From an uncultured Parachlamydiaceae bacterium (lineage in GTDB: Bacteria > Chlamydiota > Chlamydiia > Chlamydiales > Parachlamydiaceae): 64,000 nt of DNA. The stretch spans positions 64,001 to 128,000 of the forward strand of contig CAVVXH010000004.1 in NCBI GenBank assembly GCA_963752155.1, in the 5' to 3' direction. The stretch's first letter is position 1, and each line of letters opens with the position of its first letter. Under the pieces are notes generated by a model. The model searched no databases and was not told where the DNA came from. It was given only the letters and a program-made list of their open reading frames with translations. The position numbers were made by a program, and so were the translations under genes. Positions 51,623 to 62,616 of the stretch are shown one piece after another.

Positions 51623-53027
51623 TTGCGCCTTCAAGTATAGATTCAATGGCGAATTCATTCATCAAAACAGAAATTTGCTCAAATCCTTCTGCAAAAGAAG
51701 GTGCACGTCCAATACTGATATAATCAAAACCCAAGTTAGACATTTCTTCCGGATTAAATTGATTGCGTCCATCGAAAAAAGTATTTCCAGACATATGGAG
51801 GAGGAGTTTAGCATAATCCAAAACTCGGAACTGCTTCCATTCTGTCATTAATACAATGGCATGAGCATTCTCTGTTGCCTCAAATTCATCCTTACACCAA
51901 TGTAGAGACTGATGTAGGCCAAGTTTCTCCTTTGCTTTATCCATAGCGGCGGGATCATACAACCGCAACGTAGCCCCTACTTCAAGGAGTTGCTCGATTA
52001 AGTCTAGTGCTGCTGATTCGCGAACATCATCCGTATCAGGCTTATAGGAAAGCCCTAACACAGCAATGATGGTATGGGTCATTCCTTGAGTTTCTGAGAA
52101 GTATCTATAAATTTTCTTCGCCATCACTGATTTTTGATGCGTGTTAACGATCGAAATCCCTTTGGTTAAAGTCATCTCATAACGGTGCTTAGCGGCCTGA
52201 GAACACAATGCTCGTACATCTTTAGGGAAACAAGATCCTCCGAAACCTGGTCCAGCATATAAAAAGCTCTTCCCTATGCGCGAATCACTGCCGATTCCTT
52301 TCCGAATTTCATTGATATCGGCACCCATTAGTTCACAAAGACCTGAGAGTTCATTCATAAAAGAAATTCGCAATGCTAGCATAGCATTTGCTGCGTATTT
52401 AGTCAGTTCCGCTGACGCAGGATCCATTACGATGAGTCGATCGTGATTCAACATAAATGGTGCATAAATATGCTTCATGATTCCAATTGCTTTTTCACTA
52501 TTAGAACCGATGATCACACGATCAGGTTTCATGAAATCATGAATTGCATTTCCTTCTTTCAAAAATTCAGGATTAGAAATAACGTCAAATTCGACCTTGA
52601 CGTTTCTGCGATTGAGTTGCTCATTGATGGTTTGAGTGACTAGTTGAGTTGTGCCGACGGGTACAGTGGATTTATTGACGATGATTTTATAGTCATTTAA
52701 ATGTTCTGCTATTGAAGTTGCTGCTTGTTGAACATATCGAAGATCTGCATTCTCATCTTTTCCCATAGGCGTTTCTACGGCGATAAAACAGACGGAAGAT
52801 TCCTCTACGGCCATTTTGTAGTCGGTTGTAAAGAATAAACGACTAGCTTTTGTGTTGCGACGAATAATTTCTTCTAAGCCGGGCTCATAGATGGGTATTT
52901 CACCTCGATTGAGTCTTTCAATTTTTTCGGCATTAATATCTATGCAGGTGACACTGAAACCCATCTCTGCAAAGCAAGCTCCGGTGACTAAACCGACATA
53001 TCCAGCGCCGATAACCAATAAATGCAT
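51609..53027 (-). CDS. ugd: UDP-glucose 6-dehydrogenase
   Basis: GAGYVGL, NPEFLKEG, GFGGSCFPKD. Confidence 0.95.
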   Translation of the reverse strand: MHLLVIGAGYVGLVTGACFAEMGFSVTCIDINAEKIERLNRGEIPIYEPGLEEIIRRNTKASRLFFTTDYKMAVEESSVCFIAVETPMGKDENADLRYVQQAATSIAEHLNDYKIIVNKSTVPVGTTQLVTQTINEQLNRRNVKVEFDVISNPEFLKEGNAIHDFMKPDRVIIGSNSEKAIGIMKHIYAPFMLNHDRLIVMDPASAELTKYAANAMLALRISFMNELSGLCELMGADINEIRKGIGSDSRIGKSFLYAGPGFGGSCFPKDVRALCSQAAKHRYEMTLTKGISIVNTHQKSVMAKKIYRYFSETQGMTHTIIAVLGLSYKPDTDDVRESAALDLIEQLLEVGATLRLYDPAAMDKAKEKLGLHQSLHWCKDEFEATENAHAIVLMTEWKQFRVLDYAKLLLHMSGNTFFDGRNQFNPEEMSNLGFDYISIGRAPSFAEGFEQISVLMNEFAIESILEGANESY

Positions 53028-53125
53028 CGATTCCCTCTTAATTTTTTGAATTATATGTTATCAGGTTTACTTTGATTATAGGTCATTTAGTCTATTTGTT
53101 AAAGAGTTAATAGCCAGCAAAGTCG

Positions 53126-53378
53126 AGGAAAAATTAAACACAAAGCGAGACAGTTGCCAGCGGCACCCCCTATCGGGAAATAACAAATTTTTAAAGCGCC
53201 TTGCCATTGGTGCCTGACCTGACATTCTGACATTTGCCCTCCTGGGAGGTTACATTATTATTGTAGGCAAATGTCAGAAAATCAGGTCAGGCACCAATGG
53301 CAAGGCGCTTTAAAAATCTGTTATTTCCCGATAGGGGGTGCCGCAGGCAACTGTCTCGCTTTGCGTTTAATTTTTCCT
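53126..53378. mobile_element. MITE-like long palindrome, copy 2 (113-bp arms, 27-nt loop)
   Basis: 53126-53238 vs 53266-53378, about 5 mismatches. Confidence 0.9.
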
Positions 53379-53415
53379 ATACTTCATACTCCCAATATCG
53401 CCTTGATATCCAAAT

Positions 53416-54695
53416 TTAAGAAAATATCTTAGAATGAAAACGAATCAATGTCGATAATACAGCGTTCTGAATCAATAGAGCTTTAGCGTTTTGTTGCATT
53501 AAAGCCGCAGCTTCTTCACTAGTGAGTCCTTGTATATTAGCGATCGGTGTAAAATTGAAAATGGACTTACATGAAATACATAGATTGTTAACTCCCATTT
53601 CATTAATTGAACTAAGATTCGAGACGTTAACAAAAATATCTATCAACCCTCTTAGAGCTTTTTGCTGTATTGAAGGTAATTCTTCGACTAAAGCTCTTAA
53701 TTCCTGAACAATCTCATCTGAAATATTATTTCTAGCATTTATAATTTTTTCTCCCAATGAAATGAATTTATCATTCAACGCATTAGATTTAAATAAATTC
53801 ATTTTCATAAAAATTTGTTTCAAAGCAGAAGTTCTAATAGGTAATTCAAATTCTTTTAATGTTGTGGCATCAATATTTTGGTTTATCATTAATGTTTCTG
53901 CCAATTGTTTGTAGATATTAACATTGCCGGATATTCTAAAAATGCCTACTTTTTCATAGTCTTCTTCGAAAAAGAGGTCATTAAGAATAAAGCAGCTCTT
54001 GCAGCATTATTACTTATTTCTTCGTGATATGGCTCATCTGAAGGTAAAAGATGCTCGGCTTTAACCGATTTTGGAGGAGTTCGTTCGACGTCCGGTTTGA
54101 GTATTGCATTTGCAACGACGACGACTATAGGAATGATGACTGCAGCTGCTCCCATCAATCCTCGAAATGAGAAGAAGCTCGGGGGAGTTTCATTTTCAAC
54201 TTGAACTTTTTCAACCTTCGGATTGGCATTGATAGTCGGGTTGTTTGTAATAGTGATAGTATTATCTGAATTTGAGCGAATCTGGGACTCAACAGTCTTT
54301 ACAATTTCCTTTGGAGATAGTATTTCATCTTCTTTGTCAGTTGCTTCTGTTTGAGGATCTTCTAATGGATCTTCAGCTACAATCTGCGGAACATTATTAC
54401 TAATAATTTTAGCTTGTTCAACTATTTGTGGGCTTTCTTCATTTGCATTGCGTTGAATCATAAAATGACGGGTAGAGACCTTGAAGATTCTAGCAAAAAG
54501 AATGGTGGCTGTAGCAACAACAATTGACCCACACAAAGGGGTCCCGATAACACAAGAAATAGCACTTCCGATCAAGGCTCCTGCAGCAACACATTTAATT
54601 GTCTCAAAACTGTTCTTAATGACATTTTGGCTATTTATCTGTGTATTTATCCAAGAAGATAAATGATTTGTACTTGAGATACTATTATTTGACAT
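53416..54695 (-). pseudogene. Inc-like membrane protein with RhoGAP domain, frameshifted near 53970
   Basis: Hydrophobic hairpin VAAGALIG..TILFARIF. After LMTSF the shifted frame reads EEDYEKVGIFRISGN..LAET into ORF 53416..53904 (SALKQIF, NEMGVNNL). Confidence 0.8.
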
Positions 54696-54891
54696 ATGAT
54701 TCCTTAAATTAACGGTTTTTTTACATCTTTGATGATTTATTCATCCAGTGTTGTAACATGGATGTCGATTTTAATTCAATAGCTATTCTGTAGTTACACC
54801 TCTATCTCATTTATTTCTCAGAGTGCCTTGCTCTCATTTACCCTAATATGTTACGATAAGGTAAAAGTGATAGTACAAAATTCAATAGTAA

Positions 54892-56082
54892 ATGGTGAGG
54901 TATTTTATTATTTACGATACAGGTGTTATTTTAAAGCCCGAAAAGGAAAAGGCGATTCTAAATCGTCATCACTGGATCTTTTCCGGAGCAATTGCTCAAT
55001 TGCCTTCCTTTAAAAATGGGGACATTCTCCCTGTTTACAGTCATAAAGGCCATTTCTTGGGGAATGGATATTTTAATCGACAATCAGGAATTATCGGTCG
55101 AATGTTGACTTTTGATGATATGTCCCCTTTGGTTGCTCTGGAGGAAAAGCTTCAACATGCTGTTGATTTACGGCATAATCTTTTTGATCCAACCTTGACC
55201 AATGGTTATCGTTTGGTCAATGGAGAAGGAGACTTTTTACCTGGACTAGTGATTGATTGTTATAAAGACACATTGGTCGTTCAGATTGGCACCGTCGGAA
55301 TGGAAAAACTTAAAGGTTTTATTGTCGAATGGTTAGTTGAACATTTAAAACCTAGAGTTATTTTTGAAAAATCCGATAGTTCATCACGCAATGAAGAAGG
55401 TCTGAAACCGATATTAGGGTTGCTATTTGGAATAGATGTATCGCCGGTAGAAATTCTTGAAAATGGTCTTAAATTTAAGATAGATTTTACAAAAGGTCAA
55501 AAAACAGGATTTTTTTGTGATCATCGACAAATGCGGCAAGAAATAAGAAAATTGGCCTCTGGGAAATCGGTCTTAAACTGTTTTGCCTATAGTGGAGGTT
55601 TTACTGTTTATGCACTAGCCGGAGGGGCTGTCAATGTAGACTCCGTTGAACTTTCTGATGCGGCCTTAAACTATGCAAAAGAAAATATCTCTCTCAATGG
55701 CTTTGAAGTTTGTGAAGAAAGATTCCATCAACAAGATGTTTTCGAATTCTTAAGAGATAATCCTATCGACTACGAAGTGGTCATATTAGATCCACCTGCT
55801 TTCGCTAAAAAACAAAAAGATCAAATGGCTGCATGTCGTGGCTACAAAGATATCAATCGTTTAGCGCTTAAAAAAATGCCGCAAAAAAGCTGGTTATTAA
55901 CTTGTTCTTGCTCATTCTATGTCGATGAACCGCTTTTTCAAAAAGTTATCTTCCAAGCTGCAGTCGAAGCCGGAAGAAATGTGCGCATTGTTGGGCGTCA
56001 TCAAATCGCCCAAGATCATCCTATTAATATTTGTCATCCTGAAAGTGATTACCTTAAGAGTTTACTTTTATATGTTGAATAA
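54892..56082 (+). CDS. RlmI-family SAM-dependent rRNA methyltransferase
   Basis: HHWIFSG, NGEGDFLPGL, GQKTGFFCDHR, ILDPPAF. Confidence 0.9.
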   Translation: MVRYFIIYDTGVILKPEKEKAILNRHHWIFSGAIAQLPSFKNGDILPVYSHKGHFLGNGYFNRQSGIIGRMLTFDDMSPLVALEEKLQHAVDLRHNLFDPTLTNGYRLVNGEGDFLPGLVIDCYKDTLVVQIGTVGMEKLKGFIVEWLVEHLKPRVIFEKSDSSSRNEEGLKPILGLLFGIDVSPVEILENGLKFKIDFTKGQKTGFFCDHRQMRQEIRKLASGKSVLNCFAYSGGFTVYALAGGAVNVDSVELSDAALNYAKENISLNGFEVCEERFHQQDVFEFLRDNPIDYEVVILDPPAFAKKQKDQMAACRGYKDINRLALKKMPQKSWLLTCSCSFYVDEPLFQKVIFQAAVEAGRNVRIVGRHQIAQDHPINICHPESDYLKSLLLYVE

Positions 56083-56098
56083 GGGACTTGGAGGAAAA

Positions 56099-56575
56099 AT
56101 GAAGAAATTAAAACCTCTAGTTTTATCTCTTACCATGGTTTCAATCCTCTTTGGAATCTATCCTTCAGCGCTCTTGGCGGACGTTTCTCCTCTTTGCTAT
56201 CGACAAATCCAAGTCACATTTTTTAATTCTCAGATTGTTGTCCAAGCCCTCGGACTTCAGCGGGTCGATCAAAGTTTATGGCGCTTCATTTTGAGCGATT
56301 TACAAGGTTCAATGTGGAGGGTTCCCAGTATGGTTCAAGCTGAAGCCCAATCTATGGTACCAAACCCCTTAGATCCTCCTTTCAATAACGACGAAGCCTT
56401 TAAAATTCTTCAAAAGGTGCTTTATAGAGTCTTTTATGCGGTTATGATTAGGAATCAAAGTAAACTAGGAAACAGCAATATTAATTATTCTTCCATTCAA
56501 GGTGCCTTTAGGTATATTTGGCTTCAACAACAAGCTGTGATCGTAAATTGCTTATACCAGGCTCGGTCATTCTAA
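56099..56575 (+). CDS. Hypothetical exported protein
   Basis: RBS GGAGG before ATG 56099; signal peptide MKKLKPLVLSL..ALLA. Confidence 0.65.
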   Translation: MKKLKPLVLSLTMVSILFGIYPSALLADVSPLCYRQIQVTFFNSQIVVQALGLQRVDQSLWRFILSDLQGSMWRVPSMVQAEAQSMVPNPLDPPFNNDEAFKILQKVLYRVFYAVMIRNQSKLGNSNINYSSIQGAFRYIWLQQQAVIVNCLYQARSF

Positions 56576-58066
56576 GCTTACACGAGGATCTAACAGCATA
56601 TAAGTAATGTCTGCAATTAAAAATCCTAGCAAAGAGAGAAACGATCCCGCAAGTGTTGAAAACATGATCACATTATAATCTCGATTAACAACAGCCTCGT
56701 AAAAAAACTTTCCAAATCCATTGATTTCAAACAGAGTTTCCACAATCAATGATCCACCAAGTATGACTCCAAGAGAGCCTGCCAGTGAAGTTACAATTGT
56801 AATTGCAGCATTGCGTCCAACATGGTGAATAAGAATATTCGATAAAGTTGCCCCTTTGGCCCAGGCTGTACGTACATAATCTTGTCGCAATACTTCTAAA
56901 ATAGCAGTTCGCGAAAGACGAGTTTGAGCAGCTAAACTTCCGTACATCACAGCGATCATAGGCAAAACTAGATGTTGAATTGTATCGTAGAGGCGTTGTA
57001 AGGATGTTTGTTTAAGATAGATGGCATCAGGGCTTGTAAATCCACTCAACGGAATGGGAATGTTGGTGAATGGAAAATTTCTGTTAAGAGCCATTTCAAT
57101 TAAAAATGGGGCCACAACAAATATAGGTGCTGCATATAACAATAAAAAAATGATATTAAGCAAATGATCCGGCCATTTTTGTTGTTTTAATGCCATGATG
57201 AAGGCGAAAAATTGACACAAAAAAAACGTGATGATCATAGGAACAAAAGCTAGGGTTAAGGAGTACTTAAACCTTTTCGTGACTTCACTAATCACAGTTT
57301 TGTTGTTATCATTCCGCAAGGTTCCAAAATCCAAAGTCAATACACGGCTCATGTATTTATAAAATCGAGTTTCAAAGAAAAATATAACCATTTTTTCTTT
57401 TAAAGTAGGTTCAAATTGATAAAATTTCTTGTTTTCATCGTACCAATCTCTTGCCGAGTTTATTTTATCTTCAAGTTTCTCGGCAGAATAAGTTGGTAGC
57501 AAAAGAAACGTTTTGAGTCGTTCGCTATCCTGATTGACTTTTTTATTAAAGTGTTTTTGATCCGAAGTTAAATCAGGTCCTACAAAAATTTGTGCGCTCC
57601 CCCCTCGTACAAAAAAAGTCATGGCCATCTGTCTCACATCAAAAGGCTCTGAAGGATCACTAAAAATGGCTACAAGTTTGTCCATGATAAAACGTGCGGT
57701 ATCTCCAAAAGAGATCCTTAAGGTATTATAATCTGCCACTGAAAGTGCAGAGGGGTTTTTAGTCGAAGGTTTTTGCCTCACTAACATTTGTAACTGATTC
57801 AACACCCCCTCTTTAGTCATAAAAGGCCGTATATTGAATAAAATCGGCAATGTCAGTCCATAATGCTCTCGAAAATGTAAAAAACGTTCATCGCTGCCAA
57901 AAGCAACAGCTCTATCTTCGCGACGGACTCCCCCACCCTCTTGACTAACTTCAGTGATAGTAACGGGATCTCCAGGAGCTAAATTGATGATCACAAAATT
58001 GACAAAGATAATGGCTAAAAGTGTCAGGGGCAACAAAAGTAGACGTCTACAGATATAGTGAAACAT
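56567..58066 (-). CDS. Oligopeptide ABC transporter permease (OppB/DppB-like)
   Basis: NLAPGDP, DYVRTAWAKG (EAA loop), ETLFEINGFG, LLDPRV. Confidence 0.9.
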   Translation of the reverse strand: MFHYICRRLLLLPLTLLAIIFVNFVIINLAPGDPVTITEVSQEGGGVRREDRAVAFGSDERFLHFREHYGLTLPILFNIRPFMTKEGVLNQLQMLVRQKPSTKNPSALSVADYNTLRISFGDTARFIMDKLVAIFSDPSEPFDVRQMAMTFFVRGGSAQIFVGPDLTSDQKHFNKKVNQDSERLKTFLLLPTYSAEKLEDKINSARDWYDENKKFYQFEPTLKEKMVIFFFETRFYKYMSRVLTLDFGTLRNDNNKTVISEVTKRFKYSLTLAFVPMIITFFLCQFFAFIMALKQQKWPDHLLNIIFLLLYAAPIFVVAPFLIEMALNRNFPFTNIPIPLSGFTSPDAIYLKQTSLQRLYDTIQHLVLPMIAVMYGSLAAQTRLSRTAILEVLRQDYVRTAWAKGATLSNILIHHVGRNAAITIVTSLAGSLGVILGGSLIVETLFEINGFGKFFYEAVVNRDYNVIMFSTLAGSFLSLLGFLIADITYMLLDPRVSLE

Positions 58067-58084
58067 TGTATTCTTGCACGGGTC

Positions 58085-58945
58085 CTAAACCTGAGTTATA
58101 GCTAAAAGTTCTGGAGAGTCGAGTCCAATCTCTGCCAAAAGTTTTATATACAATCCTATTTCTTGATTAAACAACATCGTTGCTTGTTCCTCACCTACAG
58201 TGATAGCAATATTAATGGCGCAAGAGCGCAGAAGATCTTGTTGTACATCATTAATGTCGTCAGCAATTTGAAAGGCCATCCCATAATGATAGGCTATTTG
58301 TTTTATGATTGGAACTTTTCGTATGTCACCTCCACTATAAAGCCATCCTAAAACAAAAGAAATTTCAAATAGAGAAGCTGTCTTTTTCTGAGCTATTTCA
58401 TAGAGGGTTTTAAAGGTCAAATTTGGAGGGTACAGGTCTAAATATTGGCCTCCGCTGGCTCCAAAGAGGCCTGTATTGTGGGATACATTTTCTACAGCAA
58501 GTTTACAAATCTGATAGGCTGATGGGGCATAGGAAAGGTTTGAATTTGCCAACAATTCAGCATTTTTAGTCAGGCATTCATATCCTGCAGAAATTAATGT
58601 ATAGCTTGCTATTAAAGCTGTCGCTTCGCCAAAAACGACATGCAGAGAAGGTTGATTGCGTCTTTCATGATCATTGTCCATGCAAGGTAAGTCATCGGCA
58701 ATAAGAGAAGCGGTGTGAAAATATTCAATAGCAAGTGCTGCTAAAGATAGGTCTAAAGAAGTTTTTAACGCATTTGACATCATAAAGACTAACGCAGGGC
58801 GAAAACGTTTTCCTCCATTTAACAGCGCATATTCACAAGCATCACGCAATTTAGATTTTTCTCCTAATTGTGGAATACTTTTTATGATTAGATCATCAAT
58901 TTTTAATCGGTAATTTTCTAGAATTTGATTTAAAGGAGTTGTCAT
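58085..58945 (-). CDS. ispA: Geranyl/farnesyl diphosphate synthase
   Basis: GGKRFRP, DDLPCMD, FQIADD. Confidence 0.9.
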   Translation of the reverse strand: MTTPLNQILENYRLKIDDLIIKSIPQLGEKSKLRDACEYALLNGGKRFRPALVFMMSNALKTSLDLSLAALAIEYFHTASLIADDLPCMDNDHERRNQPSLHVVFGEATALIASYTLISAGYECLTKNAELLANSNLSYAPSAYQICKLAVENVSHNTGLFGASGGQYLDLYPPNLTFKTLYEIAQKKTASLFEISFVLGWLYSGGDIRKVPIIKQIAYHYGMAFQIADDINDVQQDLLRSCAINIAITVGEEQATMLFNQEIGLYIKLLAEIGLDSPELLAITQV

Positions 58946-58947
58946 TT

Positions 58948-59649
58948 TTATTCTTTTGCCTGTTGTGTAGAAATGATAATCTCAGCATTTGATCTTAAAA
59001 TACTGTTTTCAGAGGCTATTCCTCCAAAATTTGTACAAGGATAAAGACGACAGTTTTTTCCTAGCAATGTACCCGGATTAGTGACTGAATTGCACCCTAG
59101 TTGGACTCTATCACCAACGAGTGCTCCAAATTTACGTAGGCCGGTAGGATATTTATTCCCATAATGATAGACAATAATTTCAGAGCCGTCGAATTTTAAA
59201 TTAGCACATTTTGCACCGGCACCTAGATTACAGTGATTTCCAAAAATGGAATCTCCCCCATAGGCATGATGTGCAAGATGAGCGTGATTTAAAAGAATGA
59301 CATTTTTGAGTTCTGTACTGTTTCCAATGACACATCCATGACCGGTGATTACGTTTTTCCGAATATAAGCACCATGTCGTAAGGTACAATTTTTTCCAAT
59401 AATGCAAGGACCTTCAATGTAGGCTCCAGGTTCTACTACGGTTCCTTCTGCAATAAAAATGGTGTCCGGATTGACTAGGATCGATCCAGGATATGATTTG
59501 GGGTTAGGAGTTTTATTTTTTGTTAGAAAATTTTCAATGTAGCTTTCAATCTTAGCAAGTGCATTCCAGGGATACTCGCAATCTTCAAAAAGAGTGTGAT
59601 GTTCATAATCGTCTAAATCAATATATGAATTTATCTCTAGAATTTTCAT
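58948..59649 (-). CDS. Hexapeptide-repeat acetyltransferase (GlmU C-terminal-like)
   Basis: Left-handed beta-helix repeats; RKFGALVGD..GCNSVTNPG. Confidence 0.85.
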   Translation of the reverse strand: MKILEINSYIDLDDYEHHTLFEDCEYPWNALAKIESYIENFLTKNKTPNPKSYPGSILVNPDTIFIAEGTVVEPGAYIEGPCIIGKNCTLRHGAYIRKNVITGHGCVIGNSTELKNVILLNHAHLAHHAYGGDSIFGNHCNLGAGAKCANLKFDGSEIIVYHYGNKYPTGLRKFGALVGDRVQLGCNSVTNPGTLLGKNCRLYPCTNFGGIASENSILRSNAEIIISTQQAKE

Positions 59650-59768
59650 GAATGGAGACCTTTCGTTGATTTTTTGAACTCGAGCTTATCATAGGCCCTT
59701 AGGATGTTTTTTGAGAACAGCTATTTGTAGAAATCCACTATTTATTGTACTTATTGGGCTTTTACATT

Positions 59769-59888
59769 TTCACGCAGTGGTTTAGACCACTTGGAGGCTA
59801 CGTGGCTACACTCAACATTCGAATCCATACGCATCAGGTTTCAAGATAAGGAGATAAAATTTTAATTTTCTTATTCCTTATCCTGATC
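59769..59888. repeat. Dispersed repeat (modules A/B followed by module D)
   Basis: 59769-59818 resembles 1478-1527. CATACGCATCAGG...TCCTTATCCTGAT resembles 35323-35395. Confidence 0.85.
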
Positions 59889-59984
59889 AGATTTATAGGG
59901 ATGTATTTGCATAGAAAGAATGAGAAGAAATTGGTATCATGGGAAGCGATCCTTTGTGTTAAAAGTTACCCAATTGGTAAACAA

Positions 59985-61088
59985 ATGCATCGTTTTGATG
60001 AAAAAGCTTTAAAAGAATGGTTTCACGAACAAAAGCGATCTCTCCCTTGGCGTGATAATCCTTCTCCTTATGCAGTGTGGGTTTCTGAAGTGATGCTTCA
60101 GCAAACGCAAGTTTCGGTAGTCATTCCCTATTTTCAACGTTGGATGCAACTTTTCCCTACAATTGAAGCTTTGGCTTCTGCGCCTTTAGAGGACGTGATC
60201 AAAGCATGGGAAGGATTAGGGTACTATTCAAGAGCTCGCAATTTGCATGCCGGAGCAGCCATGGTGGTCAAAGATTATGGAGGTCAGTTGCCTAAAGAAG
60301 CTTCGCAACTTGGTAAAGTTAAGGGGATAGGCCCTTACACAGTTGGAGCCATTTTAGGTTTTGCTTTTCATCAAAAAGCAGCGGCTGTAGATGGAAATGT
60401 GATCCGAGTTTTCACACGTTATTTCTTTATCGAAGAGGATTTATCTCAACCCCAAACTTTAAAAAAAATTTGGCAAATTGCTGAAGAAATCCTTCCGGAA
60501 GAAGAACCATGGGTTTTAACTGAAGGTTTAATCGAGCTTGGTGCTACGGTTTGTACTAAAAAACCTAAATGTAATATTTGTCCGCTTAGAAATTCATGTC
60601 AAGGGTATATCTTAGGGGGTGTTGAAGATCTCCCCTATAAATCAAAAAAAATAAAAGCAGAAAAGCTCTATCGATCTGTAGCCGTTGTTAGAAACTCAAA
60701 GGATGAGTTGCTTGTCAAGTGTGTCCAAACAGGTAAAGTGATGTCGGGATTGCACGAATTTCCATATTTTGAGGTTTCTTCTGAAGGCGTAGCGCCAGAA
60801 CTATTAAAAGATCAAATTGAAGATAAATTCGGACTTAAAGTGATTTGGAAAGGTATTTTTCCAAATATTCAACATAGCTTTACACGCTATCAAGTCAGTT
60901 TATTTTCCCATCACTTTTATTGTGAAAATAGTTTAGAAAATAGCAACGATATTTTTGGCTATCAATGGATGCCTTTATCGAAGCTAGAAAAAGTGGCCTT
61001 TTCTTCGGGCCATCGCAGGCTTTATGAAGTCGTAAAGCAATCGACGAGTGTTGGGACTAATAAAGTGTCTAGTGAGTTTTCATCTTGA
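59985..61088 (+). CDS. mutY: A/G-specific adenine DNA glycosylase
   Basis: [31 protein letters not shown], CxxxxxxCxxCxxxxxC Fe-S motif. Confidence 0.97.
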   Translation: MHRFDEKALKEWFHEQKRSLPWRDNPSPYAVWVSEVMLQQTQVSVVIPYFQRWMQLFPTIEALASAPLEDVIKAWEGLGYYSRARNLHAGAAMVVKDYGGQLPKEASQLGKVKGIGPYTVGAILGFAFHQKAAAVDGNVIRVFTRYFFIEEDLSQPQTLKKIWQIAEEILPEEEPWVLTEGLIELGATVCTKKPKCNICPLRNSCQGYILGGVEDLPYKSKKIKAEKLYRSVAVVRNSKDELLVKCVQTGKVMSGLHEFPYFEVSSEGVAPELLKDQIEDKFGLKVIWKGIFPNIQHSFTRYQVSLFSHHFYCENSLENSNDIFGYQWMPLSKLEKVAFSSGHRRLYEVVKQSTSVGTNKVSSEFSS

Positions 61089-62434
61089 AAGAGATGTGTA
61101 AGATCTTCGATGTGGGAGGAAGTAAATCGATTCTGGAGATTGGCTTTGAATTTTTTAAAAAGAAGGGGTGTTCCTTCTGTTCGCCTTCTACGATGGCCGA
61201 GGGGATATTCAATTGTAATTGATTCTTTAGGACGATTGCTTTTGAAATGAATTTCTAATGTTGTTGCAATAGAGCGTTTGTCAGGATGGAGATAATCCGC
61301 AGAAAAATGGGGATTTTCAAAAGTGTGCATTTTATGACGCAATCGATCAATTCTAGGATCAGAAGCAAATTCATCTTCGTAGTGGTCTGCATGGAGTTGA
61401 CCTTCTAATAAGCCAATAGCGACCATATATTGTAAACAATGGTCTCGATCAGCAGGATTATTTAAAGGCCCCGTTTTATCGATAATGCGCATGGCTGAAT
61501 CATGTGTGTGTATGTCAATTGAGTGTATATCGTCATAGTTTTCTTTGATTTTATCATGTAGTCCAATTGCACATTCTACAGCTGTTTGAGCATGAAATTC
61601 TGCCGGAAAAGCAATTTTAAAAAGGATATTTTCCATCACGTATGAACCTAGGGGTCTTTGCAGTGTAAATGGTTCACCCTTGAAGAGAACGTCGTATAAT
61701 CCCCAACGGGGAGCTGTCAGAGCCGTCTTATAACCCATTTCTCCTTGTAAGGTCATCCAGGCTAGTTGCACTCCGCGACTGGTCGCATCTCCGGCCGCCC
61801 ATGATTTTCGAGAACCCGTATTCGGTGCATGTCGATATGTGCGCAAGGGTCCCATGTCGATCCATGCATTGGAAAGGGCATCAATCACTTGCTGCCTTGA
61901 TCCTCCTAATAAAACTGTTGCAATGGCAGCGGTGGCAACTTTGACTAAGATGACATGGTCGAAGCCGATACGATTAAAACTATTTGATAAAGCTAAGATT
62001 CCTTGAATTTCATGGGCTTTGATCATAGCCAATAAAAGATCGCGGATGGTAAAAGCTTGTCTTCCTTCGCTTAATCGTTCGCGACTTAAATAATCCATCA
62101 GAGGTAAAATGCCTCCGATATTATCTGAGGGATGCCCCCATTCTGCTGCCAGCCACGTGTCGTTGTAATCTAGCCAACGAATCATGCTTCCTAAATTAAA
62201 CGCTCCGCGAATAGGATCCAGAATATAATCAGTACCGGGAATACGACATCCATTAGGAACAATAGTGCCAGGAACAATGGGCCCTAGAAGTTTTGTACAA
62301 GCTGGATAATTTAAAGCTGCTATTGCACATCCCAAAGTGTCTGCCAGGCAAATTCTGGCGGTTACCAGAGCCTCATTGGAGGGTAATGTGAAGTTGCAGG
62401 CATATTCTGCAATGATTTCGTTAATTGTATCCAT
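61022..62434 (-). CDS. prpD: 2-methylcitrate dehydratase
   Basis: [39 protein letters not shown]. Confidence 0.96.
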   Translation of the reverse strand: MDTINEIIAEYACNFTLPSNEALVTARICLADTLGCAIAALNYPACTKLLGPIVPGTIVPNGCRIPGTDYILDPIRGAFNLGSMIRWLDYNDTWLAAEWGHPSDNIGGILPLMDYLSRERLSEGRQAFTIRDLLLAMIKAHEIQGILALSNSFNRIGFDHVILVKVATAAIATVLLGGSRQQVIDALSNAWIDMGPLRTYRHAPNTGSRKSWAAGDATSRGVQLAWMTLQGEMGYKTALTAPRWGLYDVLFKGEPFTLQRPLGSYVMENILFKIAFPAEFHAQTAVECAIGLHDKIKENYDDIHSIDIHTHDSAMRIIDKTGPLNNPADRDHCLQYMVAIGLLEGQLHADHYEDEFASDPRIDRLRHKMHTFENPHFSADYLHPDKRSIATTLEIHFKSNRPKESITIEYPLGHRRRRTEGTPLLFKKFKANLQNRFTSSHIEDLTHLFQDENSLDTLLVPTLVDCFTTS

Positions 62435-62616
62435 AAATTCAAAGTAACAAAGTCATCAAATATATTCAATTGAAGCGTGTTGACTTCGCAAGAGATGTCT
62501 ATGAAAATCTTATTATTTAATCCTCCTAGCTGCATTCTGAAGGTTATTTTAAAAAAAATGAAAAAAAAGTGAGATGCGAGTGTTGACATTAAATGTGCAA
62601 ACATGCAATATAAAGG

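Noticed and set aside
55919..56098. N-terminal extension of ORF 55919..56575
   Set aside because: It overlaps the methyltransferase gene; ATG 56099 has a GGAGG RBS and begins a signal peptide.
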